Counted from the first letter of the stretch, positions 48,028-58,418 are shown. The stretch: DNA of 64,000 nt from an uncultured Pseudobdellovibrionaceae bacterium (GCA_964588335.1 CAZPOV010000008.1:68918-132917), one strand, 5' to 3'. Notes: a model not told the origin generated them from the sequence alone. Translations and numbers: made by a program.

Positions 48028-48795
48028 ATGATGATGAGTGAGTTAATTCGAATTATTTGTTTTTTTGGGCTTGTCTTGGGTTTTAATAGCTTAGCGAAAG
48101 CGGAGATGGCCTTGGTGAATCATGGCGAAGACATTATTTATGTCGGTGTCGGGGCTCAGCAAGGTGATGAGCACACGGTTATCCACAATTACGTGAACTG
48201 TCGTCTGTTCTGTTCGCGAAGTTCCAATAGTTTTCGAGTCGCCAGCCGTGATCTGATCCGGCCGGTGGCGACTGTAACGGTGGAAACCCAAGGTGTTTTG
48301 CGCAACATTGGACGAGACGAAGTGATTCTGGGAACCGATGGAAACATCTACTTGGTTCGCGATGTTTTTGATAATGGCATGATTGCCGCCTATCGTTCTG
48401 ATATCAATCCAAACAGTCGCAATCGAGTGGCCGGTAATATTGACGCTGCCGAAGAAGATGACACTTTTATTCTCGATGTTGATGATGTTCAAGCCGTTCA
48501 GGTATCTTGTTTTCTTAATATCTGCACAGGCCAGCGCTACCATGAGATAGCAGGAATGCCTCTTTGTGATTTCGAAAGACTTCGTGGTGTTGAAGTCACT
48601 GAAGGAGTGGTCACTGGTGTGCCCAGCAATTTGGCTTGCCGTGTGGATCGCTCGGCGCCAATACATGCTGTTTTTAGTGATGGCACTTTGGCCAACGGCA
48701 ACCGCTTATTCAATCCGTTTCCGAGGACGATCAATAATTACTATCGAGTCACTGAAGCTGAAGAATTATCAGATGAAAGTTCGTCGATTTTCTAA
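48028..48795 (+). CDS. Hypothetical secreted protein
   Basis: Signal peptide …IRIICFFGLVLGFNSLAKA. No motif recognised. Confidence 0.5.
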   Translation: MMMSELIRIICFFGLVLGFNSLAKAEMALVNHGEDIIYVGVGAQQGDEHTVIHNYVNCRLFCSRSSNSFRVASRDLIRPVATVTVETQGVLRNIGRDEVILGTDGNIYLVRDVFDNGMIAAYRSDINPNSRNRVAGNIDAAEEDDTFILDVDDVQAVQVSCFLNICTGQRYHEIAGMPLCDFERLRGVEVTEGVVTGVPSNLACRVDRSAPIHAVFSDGTLANGNRLFNPFPRTINNYYRVTEAEELSDESSSIF

Positions 48796-48930
48796 AGTGG
48801 GATGGAAATTTTCACCCAATAACTCCGTTGTTTATGTTTTTGAGGTGTAAACATTTTTCGGATGCAAAGAGCGCAATCCACAGGTGTTAAACTTTTTGAC
48901 ACCTATCAAAGACTTTTTTTCATTGTAAAC

Positions 48931-48950
48931 CCTTGAAATCCCTTGAAATC
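48931..48950. repeat. Tandem 10-bp direct repeat (ccttgaaatc x2)
   Basis: Exact duplication, 24 nt upstream of the sigma-54 -24 element. Confidence 0.8.
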
Positions 48951-48973
48951 GGATATTAAAAACTGTCTCGTTT

Positions 48974-48989
48974 TGGCACATGAATCGCA
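48974..48989 (+). promoter_or_regulatory. Sigma-54 (-24/-12) promoter
   Basis: TGGCAC-atgaa-TCGCA against the consensus TGGCAC-N5-TTGCA. GG and GC are at the canonical spacing. It lies ~30 nt upstream of the ATG at 49020, with AAGGAGAG in between. Confidence 0.5.
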
Positions 48990-49019
48990 TTGTAGTGGGG
49001 TGTAAGGAGAGAGAATACA

Positions 49020-49724
49020 ATGTTTAAAAATACTATCATCATATTGGTAACCATCATGATCGCTTCGCCAGCGATGGCCAACAATCGTCCCCGTCGGCCC
49101 GCTGACCAGCAAAGTCAGGGGATGTCTCAGAAAAAAGTTCACTCCGCGGCGGTGGAGAAGAAGGCTATTCCTAAAGTGGCGCCGGTTAAAGCCACAAAAG
49201 TTGTTCACCAAAAACAGGTGAAAGCTGAATCGAGCGAAACTTCGAATCCGGTTTCTGCAACTAAGATAATTGACGTTAAAGCCGAACAAAACACCTGGCG
49301 CAAAGGTAAAAATACGGTGGTTCAACTGAAGGGGCAAGCCTCCGAGGACTCTGCCAGATGTAAAACTTTTCAGGTGCGTCTTGAGCAAGAGCTAGAGTAC
49401 CACATCGAATGCATTGGGCAGCAGATGAACGCCAAGTTTAATCTTGAGAGCAGTGCCAGTCGCACCGTTTCGCAAAAAGACGGTCACGTGACGGTCACTC
49501 AATACGGTTATTTGACTAAGAAGCCCCGAATCTCCAAAGACAAAAAATCGACTTTAAAAGTTCCGTTCGTAGAGCAGATCATCCATATTAAAAGACTCGA
49601 AGATGGCCAATTGTCCTTTTATTTTGAAAGTTTCAAAGAAGATGAGTTTGGCAGAATTGTCCAAGATGGCTTTGTTCAAGCCCATTCGTTGACCAACGAG
49701 AAGATGAAGATCAGTGCTTACTGA
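49020..49724 (+). CDS. Hypothetical secreted protein
   Basis: Signal peptide MFKNTIIILVTIMIASPAMA and a basic N-terminal region. No motif recognised. Confidence 0.55.
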   Translation: MFKNTIIILVTIMIASPAMANNRPRRPADQQSQGMSQKKVHSAAVEKKAIPKVAPVKATKVVHQKQVKAESSETSNPVSATKIIDVKAEQNTWRKGKNTVVQLKGQASEDSARCKTFQVRLEQELEYHIECIGQQMNAKFNLESSASRTVSQKDGHVTVTQYGYLTKKPRISKDKKSTLKVPFVEQIIHIKRLEDGQLSFYFESFKEDEFGRIVQDGFVQAHSLTNEKMKISAY

Positions 49725-49763
49725 AAAGCTTACAATAATAAGGGGTTTTTCCCTACTTTTCAG
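49721..49763 (+). other. Intercistronic stem-loop (possible terminator/attenuator or RNA-processing site)
   Basis: CTGAAAAG (49721-49728, includes the TGA stop) pairs perfectly with CTTTTCAG (49756-49763). An inner AGGG/CCCT stem is present. No following T run. Confidence 0.35.
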
Positions 49764-49789
49764 TAATTGCTGATAATGTTTTCGATACT

Positions 49790-50872
49790 ATGTGGAGTAA
49801 AATCAAACCCCTTAATCTTGCATTGACAGTTTTCCTTCAAGGGTTGGTTTTCCTGTATTCCCAAAGCACTATGGCCCAGGAACGTTGTTCCGACGTGATG
49901 TCTTATCAGCAGAGACTTTATAGTGCTGATTATATTCCCTACATTCAAAATCGTTTGGGAGGTCACGCCACTCGATGGTACGAAATGTTCTCTCGGTACA
50001 ATGAAAGCAATCGTAGTATCGAAGAACTGGTGATGATTGACTCCATTTTTGCCAACACCCAAGCTCGTGGATGGTTGGCGCGGCAAAGCAATGCTTTTAA
50101 GTTTGTTCGCCTGGAGTCCATTACCAAAACATTAGACCAGGTGTTAAAGCGCCAGACCGGTTTGAATCAAACCCGCCAATGGAACGAGTTAAATCTTTAC
50201 GAGAGACGGGCCTTGCTTTTAGTGACGTTTAAAAAATGGTGGTGGGAAGTCGACAGTCATCATGTTGTGGGTTTCTCCCGCTGGACGGACGTTTCTTATT
50301 TATTGAGTCGTTCATTGTCAGAGCCTTTAGCACCGGGGCGCTTGGATATGCGGTTGCACGAGCTTTTGGCGACTCCCACTCGCAATAGTTTTTTAAGCAG
50401 TCTTATTCGTAATTTTCGAAGCGAAATCCGAACCCTGGAGGCTGTTAAAAATCAACCGGAAGCTCAAGAGGTTTTAAAGCAAACTCTCGCCCACCGCGTT
50501 GACTTCCTGACCCGTCTGCGTTCGGCGTCGGGGATGCAGGGGCAGCGTCTCCGTTTGTTGAATATGCAGATATTGCGAGCCGCCGTCCTGCGCCAGATGA
50601 TGGTTGAAGGTCGCCCTCTGAAAACCGAGGAAATTGCAACTGTGGCTCGCCAGATTGATGTGAGTCCTCAGTTGGCCCGCGAGATGTTCTGGGGCCAGGT
50701 TGGAATGGGACTTATCCCCAACATGAACAGTTTTGTGAACATCGGCATCGATATCGCGATCACCTCAGCAATAGCGTTTGTCATTGGTCACTATTGGTTT
50801 GATGATCTTGAAGACGATGGAATTTATCAGGGCTCGTTTGACGAGATGTTCTCAAATTTTGAAAGCCCTTGA
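49790..50872 (+). CDS. Hypothetical secreted/membrane protein (C-terminal hydrophobic segment)
   Basis: N-terminal signal-like LNLALTVFLQGLVFLYSQSTMA and C-terminal IGIDIAITSAIAFVIGHYW. No motif recognised. Confidence 0.5.
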   Translation: MWSKIKPLNLALTVFLQGLVFLYSQSTMAQERCSDVMSYQQRLYSADYIPYIQNRLGGHATRWYEMFSRYNESNRSIEELVMIDSIFANTQARGWLARQSNAFKFVRLESITKTLDQVLKRQTGLNQTRQWNELNLYERRALLLVTFKKWWWEVDSHHVVGFSRWTDVSYLLSRSLSEPLAPGRLDMRLHELLATPTRNSFLSSLIRNFRSEIRTLEAVKNQPEAQEVLKQTLAHRVDFLTRLRSASGMQGQRLRLLNMQILRAAVLRQMMVEGRPLKTEEIATVARQIDVSPQLAREMFWGQVGMGLIPNMNSFVNIGIDIAITSAIAFVIGHYWFDDLEDDGIYQGSFDEMFSNFESP

Positions 50873-51265
50873 TTATTTCGATTCCCAGCCCACAACTTGG
50901 CCTTTTTCAAAGTAGATCACCCGTCTTTCTTTCATGTAGCCGCGAAGGGTGGGGACAGATGTTTCATAGGTCCATCTTTCAAATCCATATTTAGGATTAC
51001 CAGCCACTTCAACCAATCCGGGGCGCCCTAGATAGCGCTGGACGTTGTTTTTGTTCATGCCAAGACGCAGATTTTCAATTCCGGTGGTCTCGTAGGAGCT
51101 GCCGTAGGAGCTCTGTTGCTCAGATTGTAAAAGCATTTCTAAATTGTCCAAGTCGGAAACCACTGGTGGCAGTCTTCGCGAGGCCGGTGAGGGAGGTTGA
51201 GGTAAAAGCATGCAACCTGCTAGTAAAGGTATTGAGGCAAGAAGGATTAAGACTTTCATTATCAC
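50873..51265 (-). CDS. BamE/SmpA/OmlA-like outer-membrane lipoprotein
   Basis: Lipobox LLAGC and the SmpA_OmlA-like LRLGMNKNNVQRYLGRP…ERWTYE. Confidence 0.55.
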   Translation of the reverse strand: MIMKVLILLASIPLLAGCMLLPQPPSPASRRLPPVVSDLDNLEMLLQSEQQSSYGSSYETTGIENLRLGMNKNNVQRYLGRPGLVEVAGNPKYGFERWTYETSVPTLRGYMKERRVIYFEKGQVVGWESK

Positions 51266-51470
51266 TCCTATCGTGTTGAGCGCCGCCTATTGAATATGAG
51301 GAGACGACGACTCATCCATTTTCTTAAGTGCTCCCATAAGGGATTTCTTAAAGTTCTTCTCGGATTTTTCGTCGATTTTTTTGAGTCTAGTCCAGGTTTG
51401 TTCATGACGAATGTCTTGTCTTTGTAAAGTGGTTTAATTTAATATCGGATTCTACAATAATAGAGGAATA

Positions 51471-52340
51471 ATGGCTGACGACGACAAGAACACCGAAATT
51501 GAAAACGACGAAGCCGTCGCTGACAAAGACCAGGCCTCAGCTCAGGCCGGTGCAGAGTCAAACGCTGCGGATCCGTCCAATGAAAAGGATTCCACTGAAA
51601 CTCTTGATATCGATGAAGATTTAGCGGCAGCCCTTGGTGATGTCGAAGAGACCGATGGTGTCGATATCGATCAGGCCATCGCCGAGGCCGATCCCGATTT
51701 TAGTAAGGAAATTGAAGCCATCAATAGCGAAGACTTCAGTGGTGTGGTGATAAATAAGGAAAACCTCTCTGAAGAGGTTGATGAAAACGAAAAAGTGCCT
51801 TCTGCCTATAAAACCTTTTGGAACAATCTTCCCCAAGGTACCAAGAAACGCTATTATCTGGCCGCCGGTATTATTGCCGTTCTGATTCCCTTTGCGATTC
51901 TCATTTATATGGGAAAAATACTACCCCGCTTTGAGCTGCCTTACACTCTAAGTTTTCAGGAGCTTACCAAAGATATTTATTCGTATCCGGTTGAGGGGGT
52001 GCAAGTTCCTCTGTTTGATGACTACAGAACCCAAGCTCATACGATTCAGTTTCCGAAAACAGTGATCAATCTTCGGTCGTCGGGGGATTCTCCTTCCTAC
52101 GGTGAGTTTGAGTTTTCGTTTGTCCTGCGAGATGAAGAGTTGTCGGTCGCCATTAAAGCCAAAGAATCAGAGATTGTCGATTTGATGCAAAGGGTTTTGG
52201 AGCAAGTGACTTGGCAAGAGCTCCAAAGTCCCATTGGCAAAGAAAAAGTGAAAAAAATTATTCGTCATCGTATCAATGAGTATCTGCAAGGCAACGTCGT
52301 CATCGGTGTTTATTATCGTCACGTTGTTTTAGAAAAATAA
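51471..52340 (+). CDS. FliL-like flagellar basal-body-associated protein with a long acidic N-terminal extension
   Basis: A single TM helix (YYLAAGIIAVLIPFAILIYM) followed by a FliL-like C-terminus (VINL…EIVDLMQRVLEQVTWQELQSPIGKEKVKKIIRHRINEYL…VIGVYY). Confidence 0.5.
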   Translation: MADDDKNTEIENDEAVADKDQASAQAGAESNAADPSNEKDSTETLDIDEDLAAALGDVEETDGVDIDQAIAEADPDFSKEIEAINSEDFSGVVINKENLSEEVDENEKVPSAYKTFWNNLPQGTKKRYYLAAGIIAVLIPFAILIYMGKILPRFELPYTLSFQELTKDIYSYPVEGVQVPLFDDYRTQAHTIQFPKTVINLRSSGDSPSYGEFEFSFVLRDEELSVAIKAKESEIVDLMQRVLEQVTWQELQSPIGKEKVKKIIRHRINEYLQGNVVIGVYYRHVVLEK

Positions 52341-53624
52341 TCAGACTCGCCCCCTTTTCTTAAAATTTTTAGGATCAATTCGGTAGGCCTTCAGTTTGTC
52401 GTTGAGGGTGCTTTTCGGCATTTGCAGGTCCTCAGCCACCTTACGTTGGTTGCCAAAGTGTTTTTGTAATTTAGAAAGAATAAGATTGCGTTCGATTTCT
52501 TTTAAAGGTGGCAGCTCATCGGATTCTGAGCTTATTAAGCCTTCTTGCGGATCGACCTCACGTTCAATCAATTGTTCGAGATCTTCCTCTTGAATTCGCT
52601 TTCCTGGAAAGTAGGCTGCCGCTCGTGTGATCACATTTTTAAGTTCGCGGATGTTCCCCGGCCAACTGTGGTTTTTTAACTTTTCGATGGCGCGAAAAGA
52701 AAATCCCACTTTCTGTTCTTTTGCGAAATGATACAAAAGGGACTCAAAGTCTTCCATTCTTTGAATTAAGGGGGGTGGTGTCACGCGACAGATGTTGAGA
52801 CGATGATAAAGATCCTCGCGGAATTCTTTTTTTAGGACTTTCTGTTTTAAGTTTTTGTGAGTGGCGGCAATAATTCTTACATCCGTTTTGATGCTGCGGT
52901 CACTGCCGACGGGGCGAATTTCTTTGTTTTCAAGGGCGCGCAGCAGCTTTGGTTGCAAGGATAGAGGGAGGTCTCCGATTTCGTCTAAAAATAAGGTTCC
53001 CCCTCGGGCCGCTTCAAAAGCTCCTTTGCGATCCTCTGTGGCTCCGGTGAAGGATCCTCGCACATGTCCGAAAAGTTCACTTTCAATCAAGTTTTCGCTA
53101 AGAGCACTGCAATTGATTGTAATATAGGGCGCCTGTTTTCGATTCGAGTTGCTATGGATCCATTGACTGATGATTTCTTTGCCACAACCGGAGGGGCCGA
53201 TGACCAAAACCGTGTAGTCGGTGTTTGCGATGGCCGGTAACCTTTGTAACTGCAAGTTCCACTTTTGGTTCTCACTCTTCAAGGGATCTCGACTCTCTTT
53301 TAATTTTGAGAAAACAAAAAGACTTTCACCAACCATCACCTTGTCGTTGTTTTGCAGGTAGGCTTCAATCACTCCGGTTCCATTCAGGTAAGTTCCATTG
53401 CGACTTTGCAAATCTCGCAGCAAATAGCCTCGCATGCGTTTTTCAATTCGCATGTGGCGGCCCGATATAAAGGGATCATTGATTTGAATGGAGTTGCTCG
53501 GCTCTCGACCAATGGTGATAAAGTCGCCAACTTCATAGCTTTCTTGGCTGCTCTGGTTGATAGGGAGCAGATAGGCTTGATCCATAATAGTGTTTTGTGT
53601 GTCTCGCACCCGCTTGGTTTCCAT
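52341..53624 (-). CDS. Sigma-54-dependent transcriptional activator with an N-terminal FHA domain
   Basis: ATG at 53624 follows AAGGAGG. FHA region ITIGREPSN…ISGRHMRI…[12 protein letters not shown]+ region [27 protein letters not shown] and ESELFGH (GAFTGA-like GSFTGA). C-terminal Fis-type HTH. Confidence 0.9.
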   Translation of the reverse strand: METKRVRDTQNTIMDQAYLLPINQSSQESYEVGDFITIGREPSNSIQINDPFISGRHMRIEKRMRGYLLRDLQSRNGTYLNGTGVIEAYLQNNDKVMVGESLFVFSKLKESRDPLKSENQKWNLQLQRLPAIANTDYTVLVIGPSGCGKEIISQWIHSNSNRKQAPYITINCSALSENLIESELFGHVRGSFTGATEDRKGAFEAARGGTLFLDEIGDLPLSLQPKLLRALENKEIRPVGSDRSIKTDVRIIAATHKNLKQKVLKKEFREDLYHRLNICRVTPPPLIQRMEDFESLLYHFAKEQKVGFSFRAIEKLKNHSWPGNIRELKNVITRAAAYFPGKRIQEEDLEQLIEREVDPQEGLISSESDELPPLKEIERNLILSKLQKHFGNQRKVAEDLQMPKSTLNDKLKAYRIDPKNFKKRGRV

Positions 53625-53791
53625 AGGGCACCTCCTTTTTCGGGTGAGAGTTTCAATGTTCGTGCCACCGGAGAAACCATTCAGAACAAACAGAAACGAC
53701 AGGAGGTTTATGAAAATATGTCCGGAATCCAAGTTTTCGGATTATTTTCCAAGGAAAATCAGGTACAAGTGAGCCCATCAAGGAGAGAGTT

Positions 53792-54358
53792 GTGGGAGGA
53801 AAAGTTCAGTTTGTTCAAAGTGCAAGCCACTATGAGCAATTTCCAGCCGGATCCATGCCTGAGGTGGCCATTGCCGGTCGCTCCAATAGTGGTAAATCCT
53901 CATTTATAAACACGTTGGCGCGCCAGAAAGTGGCGAAAGTCAGTGGAACGCCTGGTAAAACCCGCCTGCTCAATATTTTTGATGTGGAAAAGAAGTTTTG
54001 GTTGGTCGATATGCCCGGATACGGCTATGCCGCTCGGTCTCATAAGGAGCGGGGGGATTGGGAGAAGATGATTGAGGCCTATCTGATGAATAGTAAAAAT
54101 CTCCGTGGTCTCATCTTGCTGATGGATGTCCGGCGTGGCTGGAGCGAGGAGGAGTCCATGCTCTTGGACTTCTGTAACGCAATGGATTTAAAAATAGTCG
54201 TAGGATTGACCAAGGGAGACAAGCTGTCGCGCTCAAAATGGAAAGCGACAGCAATGAAGTTAGAAAAGGACCTTGGCGTGCCGGTTTATGCGCTCTCATC
54301 TCTTAAAAAATGGGGAATCAGCGATATCATCGGCCATGTTCTTAAAAATTGGATTTGA
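53792..54358 (+). CDS. engB: Ribosome-biogenesis GTPase EngB/YsxC/YihA
   Basis: Motifs PEVAIAGRSNSGKSSFINTL, DMPGYGY and LTKGDKL. GTG start after AAGGAGAG. Confidence 0.85.
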   Translation: MGGKVQFVQSASHYEQFPAGSMPEVAIAGRSNSGKSSFINTLARQKVAKVSGTPGKTRLLNIFDVEKKFWLVDMPGYGYAARSHKERGDWEKMIEAYLMNSKNLRGLILLMDVRRGWSEEESMLLDFCNAMDLKIVVGLTKGDKLSRSKWKATAMKLEKDLGVPVYALSSLKKWGISDIIGHVLKNWI

Positions 54359-54433
54359 GACGAAAAAAGCCTAAAAATCATGACAACAATAAGCAGAGTT
54401 GTTATACCTCGATGATTGTTCAAACAGGAGCTT

Positions 54434-55174
54434 ATGGCTGAAGTGATCGCAGTAATACCAGTGCGGTATGGGGCCCAAAGATTTCCAGGCAAGGCCCTTG
54501 CCCCGATTCTTCAAAAACCCATGATTCAATGGGTTGTGGAAGGGGTGTCTCAAAGTCAGCTCATAAAAAAAATAATAGTAGCGACCGATGACCAAAGAAT
54601 TGCTGATACTTGTGCGCCCTGGGATGTGGAAGTTGTTATGACCGATTCTGAGTTGGCCTCTGGCAGTGACCGGGTCTATCAAGCTTGCAAGAACTCGCCC
54701 GAAGATCTTGTTATCAACATTCAAGGTGACGAACCCTTGATCACCGGAACGCTAGTCGATCAGATGGCTGAGGCCATGTTGCAAGACAGTGATTGGGACA
54801 TGTTGACTTTGGGTCGCGCCATGAACGAAGAGGCCCTTGAGAGTATGAATACAGCAAAAATTGTTCTGAATCACAAAAACCATGCTCTGTATTTCAGTCG
54901 CTTTCCGATTCCCTATTCTCGTGAAAAAAGTGGCGATGGCTATACGGCTTGCTTGAAGCACATTGGGATCTATGGTTATAAAAAATCATTCTTAAAGAAG
55001 TTTTGTGAGACGCCAGTGCAACCCATCGAAAAGATGGAAGGTTTGGAGCAGTTGCGCGCCCTCTATTTGGGGGGGCAAATAAAAGTATTGAAAGTGGATT
55101 ATGAAAGCTGGGGAGTTGACACTCCCGCAGATGTGGCCGTTGTTGAAAAAAAGTTAAGGGAGAGTCATGGCTAA
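54434..55174 (+). CDS. kdsB: 3-deoxy-manno-octulosonate cytidylyltransferase (CMP-KDO synthetase)
   Basis: Motifs [37 protein letters not shown] and LEQLRAL. Confidence 0.9.
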   Translation: MAEVIAVIPVRYGAQRFPGKALAPILQKPMIQWVVEGVSQSQLIKKIIVATDDQRIADTCAPWDVEVVMTDSELASGSDRVYQACKNSPEDLVINIQGDEPLITGTLVDQMAEAMLQDSDWDMLTLGRAMNEEALESMNTAKIVLNHKNHALYFSRFPIPYSREKSGDGYTACLKHIGIYGYKKSFLKKFCETPVQPIEKMEGLEQLRALYLGGQIKVLKVDYESWGVDTPADVAVVEKKLRESHG

Positions 55175-56906
55175 GAAAAAGAAAGCGTCAAAAAAGAAAA
55201 AGTCGGCGCGCGAATCTCGCAAAAAACCATTAACCCAAAAGTTTATTTTTGTAACAGGTGGTGTGGTTTCGTCTATTGGTAAGGGGTTGTCGGCTGCAAG
55301 CCTTGGAACCCTGCTTGAAGCCCGCGGCTACAAAGTGACTCTTATGAAGTGCGACCCCTACATCAACGTTGATCCCGGCACCATGTCGCCGTTTCAGCAT
55401 GGAGAAGTTTTTGTCACCGACGATGGTGCCGAAACCGATTTGGATTTGGGGCACTACGAGCGCTTCACATCTATTTATTTAAACAAATCCAATTCCACAA
55501 CTGCCGGGCAAATTTATGAAAGTGTGATTCGTAAAGAACGGCGCGGAGACTATTTGGGGGGGACTGTGCAAGTGATTCCCCATATCACTGATGAAATAAA
55601 ATCGCGAATTTTCGAAGCCGCTCAGGGTTCTGAAATTTGTATTGTCGAAATTGGCGGAACAATAGGTGATATTGAAGGGCTTCCGTTTATTGAAGCCATT
55701 CGCCAGATGCGTGTTGATTTAGGTGTGGAAAACACATTGTACATTCACGTGACTTACATTCCCTATATCGCTGCTGCGGGAGAGCTTAAAAGTAAACCGA
55801 CTCAACACTCTGTTAAAGCCCTGCGCGAGGTCGGTATTCAACCTGACGTTTTGATTTGTCGAAGCGAGCACAATATTCCTCATGAGACCAAATCAAAAAT
55901 TGGCTTGTTTTGTAGTATTCGACCAGAAAATGTCATCGCCGCTTATGATGCCAGTTCTATCTATGAGGTTCCATTGAAGCTCCATGAAGAAGGTTTTGAT
56001 GAGAAAGTCGTTGATCGTCTTGGTTTAGACAGCAAGGGTCCTGATATGACCCGCTGGCAAAAAATGGTGAAGACGATTCAGTCACCAAATAAAGAAGTGA
56101 ACATTGGGATCGTTGGCAAGTACACCAATTTGAAAGAAAGCTATAAATCTTTAAATGAGGCCCTGGTTCATGGTGGAATCTCTTGTGATTCGAAAGTGAA
56201 TATCACCTATATTAATTCCGAAAAAATCAACGATAAGAACGTTTCGAAAAACTTAGCGGGTGTTGATGGCATCCTAGTTCCTGGCGGCTTTGGTGAGCGT
56301 GGTGTTGATGGCAAAATGGTGGCTATTCGCTTCGCCAGAGAAAATAATATTCCGTTTTTTGGCATTTGCTACGGGATGCAACTGGCAGCCGTTGAGTTTG
56401 CGCGCAATGTGTGTGGATTGAAAAACGCATCCAGTCGTGAGTTTGCCGAGGACTTAAAAGGCCAACGCAATTTTGTCATCGATCTAATGAGTGATCAGAA
56501 AAAAGAAGGCGATAAGGGTGGAACCATGCGCTTAGGTGCGTTTCCTTGTACCTTGCAAAAAGGTTCTATCGCGAAAAAGGCTTACAAAAAATCGAAAATT
56601 CAAGAGCGTCATCGCCACCGCTTTGAATTTAACAATAAGTTTCGTGCGCTTTTTGAAAAGAACGGAATGGACCTTTCTGGTATTTGTGAAGAAAGAGATT
56701 TGGTAGAGATTATTGAGATTCCCGATCATACATTCTTTGTCGGTGTGCAATTTCACCCCGAGTTCAAATCGAAACCTTTAGATCCACATCCGTTGTTCAC
56801 CCATTTTGTGAAGGCTTCTTTGCAAAATAAATCAGTGGGTGATGTTGAATCGAAAAAAGTGTCTTCGCAAAAAGCCAGTGAAGAGTACCAAGCCAACACA
56901 ATGTAG
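55167..56906 (+). CDS. pyrG: CTP synthase with a 22-aa polybasic N-terminal extension
   Basis: Motifs [23 protein letters not shown]-like KSKPTQHS and GICYGMQ in the glutaminase domain. The ATG at 55167 (after AAGGGAGAG) is the only canonical start upstream of the conserved N-terminus. Confidence 0.95.
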   Translation: MAKKKKASKKKKSARESRKKPLTQKFIFVTGGVVSSIGKGLSAASLGTLLEARGYKVTLMKCDPYINVDPGTMSPFQHGEVFVTDDGAETDLDLGHYERFTSIYLNKSNSTTAGQIYESVIRKERRGDYLGGTVQVIPHITDEIKSRIFEAAQGSEICIVEIGGTIGDIEGLPFIEAIRQMRVDLGVENTLYIHVTYIPYIAAAGELKSKPTQHSVKALREVGIQPDVLICRSEHNIPHETKSKIGLFCSIRPENVIAAYDASSIYEVPLKLHEEGFDEKVVDRLGLDSKGPDMTRWQKMVKTIQSPNKEVNIGIVGKYTNLKESYKSLNEALVHGGISCDSKVNITYINSEKINDKNVSKNLAGVDGILVPGGFGERGVDGKMVAIRFARENNIPFFGICYGMQLAAVEFARNVCGLKNASSREFAEDLKGQRNFVIDLMSDQKKEGDKGGTMRLGAFPCTLQKGSIAKKAYKKSKIQERHRHRFEFNNKFRALFEKNGMDLSGICEERDLVEIIEIPDHTFFVGVQFHPEFKSKPLDPHPLFTHFVKASLQNKSVGDVESKKVSSQKASEEYQANTM

Positions 56907-56912
56907 GAATTT

Positions 56913-57881
56913 ATGAGCAGTATTGAGGAAGCCCGTCGGGTTCTTAAAATTGAAGCAGAATCGATTCTTGAGCTGATTGATCGGCTCGATGATAAATTTG
57001 AAAAAGCCGTCGATTTGGTTTGTTCTTGTGAAGGAAAACTTGTCGTCGCTGGGATGGGTAAGTCGGGCCATGTCGGGCGCAAAATAGCAGCCACCTTAAG
57101 TTCAACAGGGACCCCTGCGGTGTTTTTACATCCGGCCGAGAGCTCCCATGGCGACCTCGGGTTGGTGTCGGAAAACGATAGTTTGTTGGTGATTAGTTAT
57201 GGTGGTGGTTCGCAAGAGCTGAACGACCTGATCACCTTCGCCACTCGTAAAGGCATTCCTCTTATTGCCATGACAGGCAATCCCGAGAGCCAGCTCGCAA
57301 AAGCATCGACAGTGACTTTGGATATTTCAGTCAAACAAGAAGCCTGCCCGTTGAAGTTGGCACCCACTTCCAGTTCGACAGCCACTTTGGCTTTGGGGGA
57401 CGCGCTGGCGATGGCGGCTCTTAAGAAAAAAGGTTTTAAAGAGGAAGACTTTGCAGAGTTTCATCCGGGCGGGAAATTAGGTCGCAGACTTTTAACACGT
57501 GTGCGCGACATTATGCATGATAATGGTGGTCTGCCTGTAGTCAAAGACACCGACACCATGGTGACGGTTGTTGGAACTATGACTGGCGGCGATGTTCGTG
57601 GGGTGGCCGGAGTGACTAATTCCGATGGTCAATTGATAGGTGTGATTACAGACGGAGATATCCGAAGAAATCTAGAAAAGAATAAAAATCCTTTGGATTC
57701 CTCAGTTAAAGATCTTATGTCCTCGCAACCAAAAACGATCGACCCTAATGAATTGGCAGTGAAAGCTTTGTTTATCATGGAGCAGTTCTCCATTCAGTCG
57801 TTGTTTGTTGTTAATCCGGAAAATCAGAAGCCAGAGGGCCTGATTCATTTACAGGATTTAATTAAAGCAAAAATTCGTTAA
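56913..57881 (+). CDS. kdsD: Arabinose-5-phosphate isomerase (SIS + tandem CBS)
   Basis: Motifs GMGKSGHVGRKIAATLSSTGTPA and HPGGKLGRRL, plus a C-terminal CBS pair. Confidence 0.9.
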   Translation: MSSIEEARRVLKIEAESILELIDRLDDKFEKAVDLVCSCEGKLVVAGMGKSGHVGRKIAATLSSTGTPAVFLHPAESSHGDLGLVSENDSLLVISYGGGSQELNDLITFATRKGIPLIAMTGNPESQLAKASTVTLDISVKQEACPLKLAPTSSSTATLALGDALAMAALKKKGFKEEDFAEFHPGGKLGRRLLTRVRDIMHDNGGLPVVKDTDTMVTVVGTMTGGDVRGVAGVTNSDGQLIGVITDGDIRRNLEKNKNPLDSSVKDLMSSQPKTIDPNELAVKALFIMEQFSIQSLFVVNPENQKPEGLIHLQDLIKAKIR

Positions 57882-57968
57882 TTCTTTGGGACAGTTCTTG
57901 AATGGGTCGTAAATTTTGATGGTCTATTCAATTGCCTAAAGCCTTTTAGTAAGACATCATTTTCAGTA

Positions 57969-58418
57969 ATGAAAAGTGCTCTTTGTTTTTTGACGTTGTT
58001 TATTGCTTGCTGTGCCTCTGTAGAAACTCAGACCGTTGATACTAAGAAAGTTATTAAGCCCACCCAGTTGTGTGGAACAGAATCTTTTCTCAATCAATTT
58101 GCTATTTATCAATGCCAGTCCTTAGAGTTAGAGGAAAGCAAAATTCAGTCGGTTGAGGCGACGCCGAAACATAATGTTTCGCCTTCGAAAGCCAAGGTGG
58201 GTCAGCCCCTTTTGATTATTAACGAAGAGATTATCAATGCCCAGCCCAGGGCTCGGGATCAAGAGATTGTTTGTCAGCGCCGTTTGCAAGTGGTTTTGAA
58301 TCCAGGAGTGGGGGTTAATCAGTCTTTTCAGAAGGGGTGGCTTACCTACCAGCCGGAATGCTTTAAATTTAAAAAAGTGGGAAACAAGGGGACTTCGAAT
58401 GACAGTCGACACCAATAA
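57969..58418 (+). CDS. Putative lipoprotein (possible GltK-like)
   Basis: Signal/lipobox-like MKSALCFLTLFIACC. It sits between kdsD and kdsC and overlaps the kdsC start by 20 nt. Confidence 0.4.
   Translation: MKSALCFLTLFIACCASVETQTVDTKKVIKPTQLCGTESFLNQFAIYQCQSLELEESKIQSVEATPKHNVSPSKAKVGQPLLIINEEIINAQPRARDQEIVCQRRLQVVLNPGVGVNQSFQKGWLTYQPECFKFKKVGNKGTSNDSRHQ

Noticed and set aside
51349-51378. Sigma-28 (FliA)-like promoter TAAAGTTC…CGTCGATT upstream of the FliL-like gene
   Set aside because: The spacing between TAAA and the -10-like GTCGAT is about 18 nt, not ~15, and the -10 deviates from GCCGATAA. This is too weak to call.
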